This document shows positions 42,489 to 42,620 of a DNA stretch of 42,620 bases, one piece after another (positions within the stretch are counted from its first letter, which is position 1; each line of letters begins with the position of its first letter). Source of the stretch: an uncultured Bacteroidales bacterium. Its GTDB lineage: Bacteria > Bacteroidota > Bacteroidia > Bacteroidales > F082. The position numbers and the translations under genes are program-made. The notes under the pieces were generated by a model that did no database searches, was not told the origin of the DNA, and worked only from the letters and a program-made list of their open reading frames with translations. Location of the stretch: positions 1-42,620 of the forward strand of contig CAMOCK010000045.1 of the NCBI GenBank assembly GCA_946610645.1, given 5' to 3'.

Positions 42489-42620
42489 ATGAGCTACATT
42501 TCCTGGGATAAGAAAAAATTAGTCAATCTTGAGTTTACGCTCAACCGCGAGGTGTTGCGCTCCAACGCGAAAGGGGCGTTCCTGGCCACCACGGTGATTG
42601 GCTGCAACACCCGAAAATAC
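42489..42620 (+). CDS. Glycogen debranching enzyme / amylo-alpha-1,6-glucosidase family, N-terminal fragment (runs off the window)
   Basis: MSYISWDKKKLVNLEFTLNREVLRSNAKGAFLATTVIGCNTRKY matches the N-terminal pattern of this family in Bacteroidetes as I remember it (...LRSN..G....T..GCNTRKYHG). Confidence 0.6.
   Translation, partial: MSYISWDKKKLVNLEFTLNREVLRSNAKGAFLATTVIGCNTRKY

Overview
About 39 kb of this 42.6 kb window (142-39050) is one co-directional plus-strand surface-polysaccharide locus of 39 CDS. The genome looks like Bacteroidota, probably Bacteroidales: there are TAnnTTTG -7 promoter boxes, lipoprotein-type signal peptides and a Wza/Wzc/PHP-phosphatase export module at the 3' end. 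Eleven gene junctions are ATGA stop/start overlaps, so most of the locus looks translationally coupled.

Gene content, in order:
- a WecD-like GNAT;
- an AAA ATPase (DUF4143-type) preceded by 4 x 44-bp tandem repeats;
- an ArnE/ArnF-like pair of small membrane proteins;
- a WecE-type dTDP-4-amino-4,6-dideoxygalactose transaminase;
- a visibly AT-rich block with GtrA, a GtrB-like enzyme, three large polytopic membrane proteins, two paralogous hexapeptide acetyltransferases and an AT3 acyltransferase;
- a run of GT2/GT4/GT32 glycosyltransferases interrupted by an AAA-ATPase/PD-(D/E)XK gene;
- a pyruvyl transferase carrying an in-frame G10 tract;
- two tandem paralogous GT-C-like membrane proteins;
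- a decoration sub-cluster: two FemAB-like enzymes, a DegT-like PLP enzyme, DUF354, an LbH acyltransferase, FabD, ACP, an SDR, KAS III and two CE4-type deacetylases. Two copies of a GC-rich palindromic intergenic element punctuate it.

Downstream of the locus are a terminator, an M3 peptidase (Dcp-like, minus strand), a roughly 400-nt GC-rich promoter-driven region of unknown nature, a 63-aa membrane protein, and the 5' end of a glycogen-debranching-type gene.

I see no rRNA, tRNA, CRISPR array, transposase or integrase. All functional calls come from motif recognition by eye and from memory of protein families; no database search was run.
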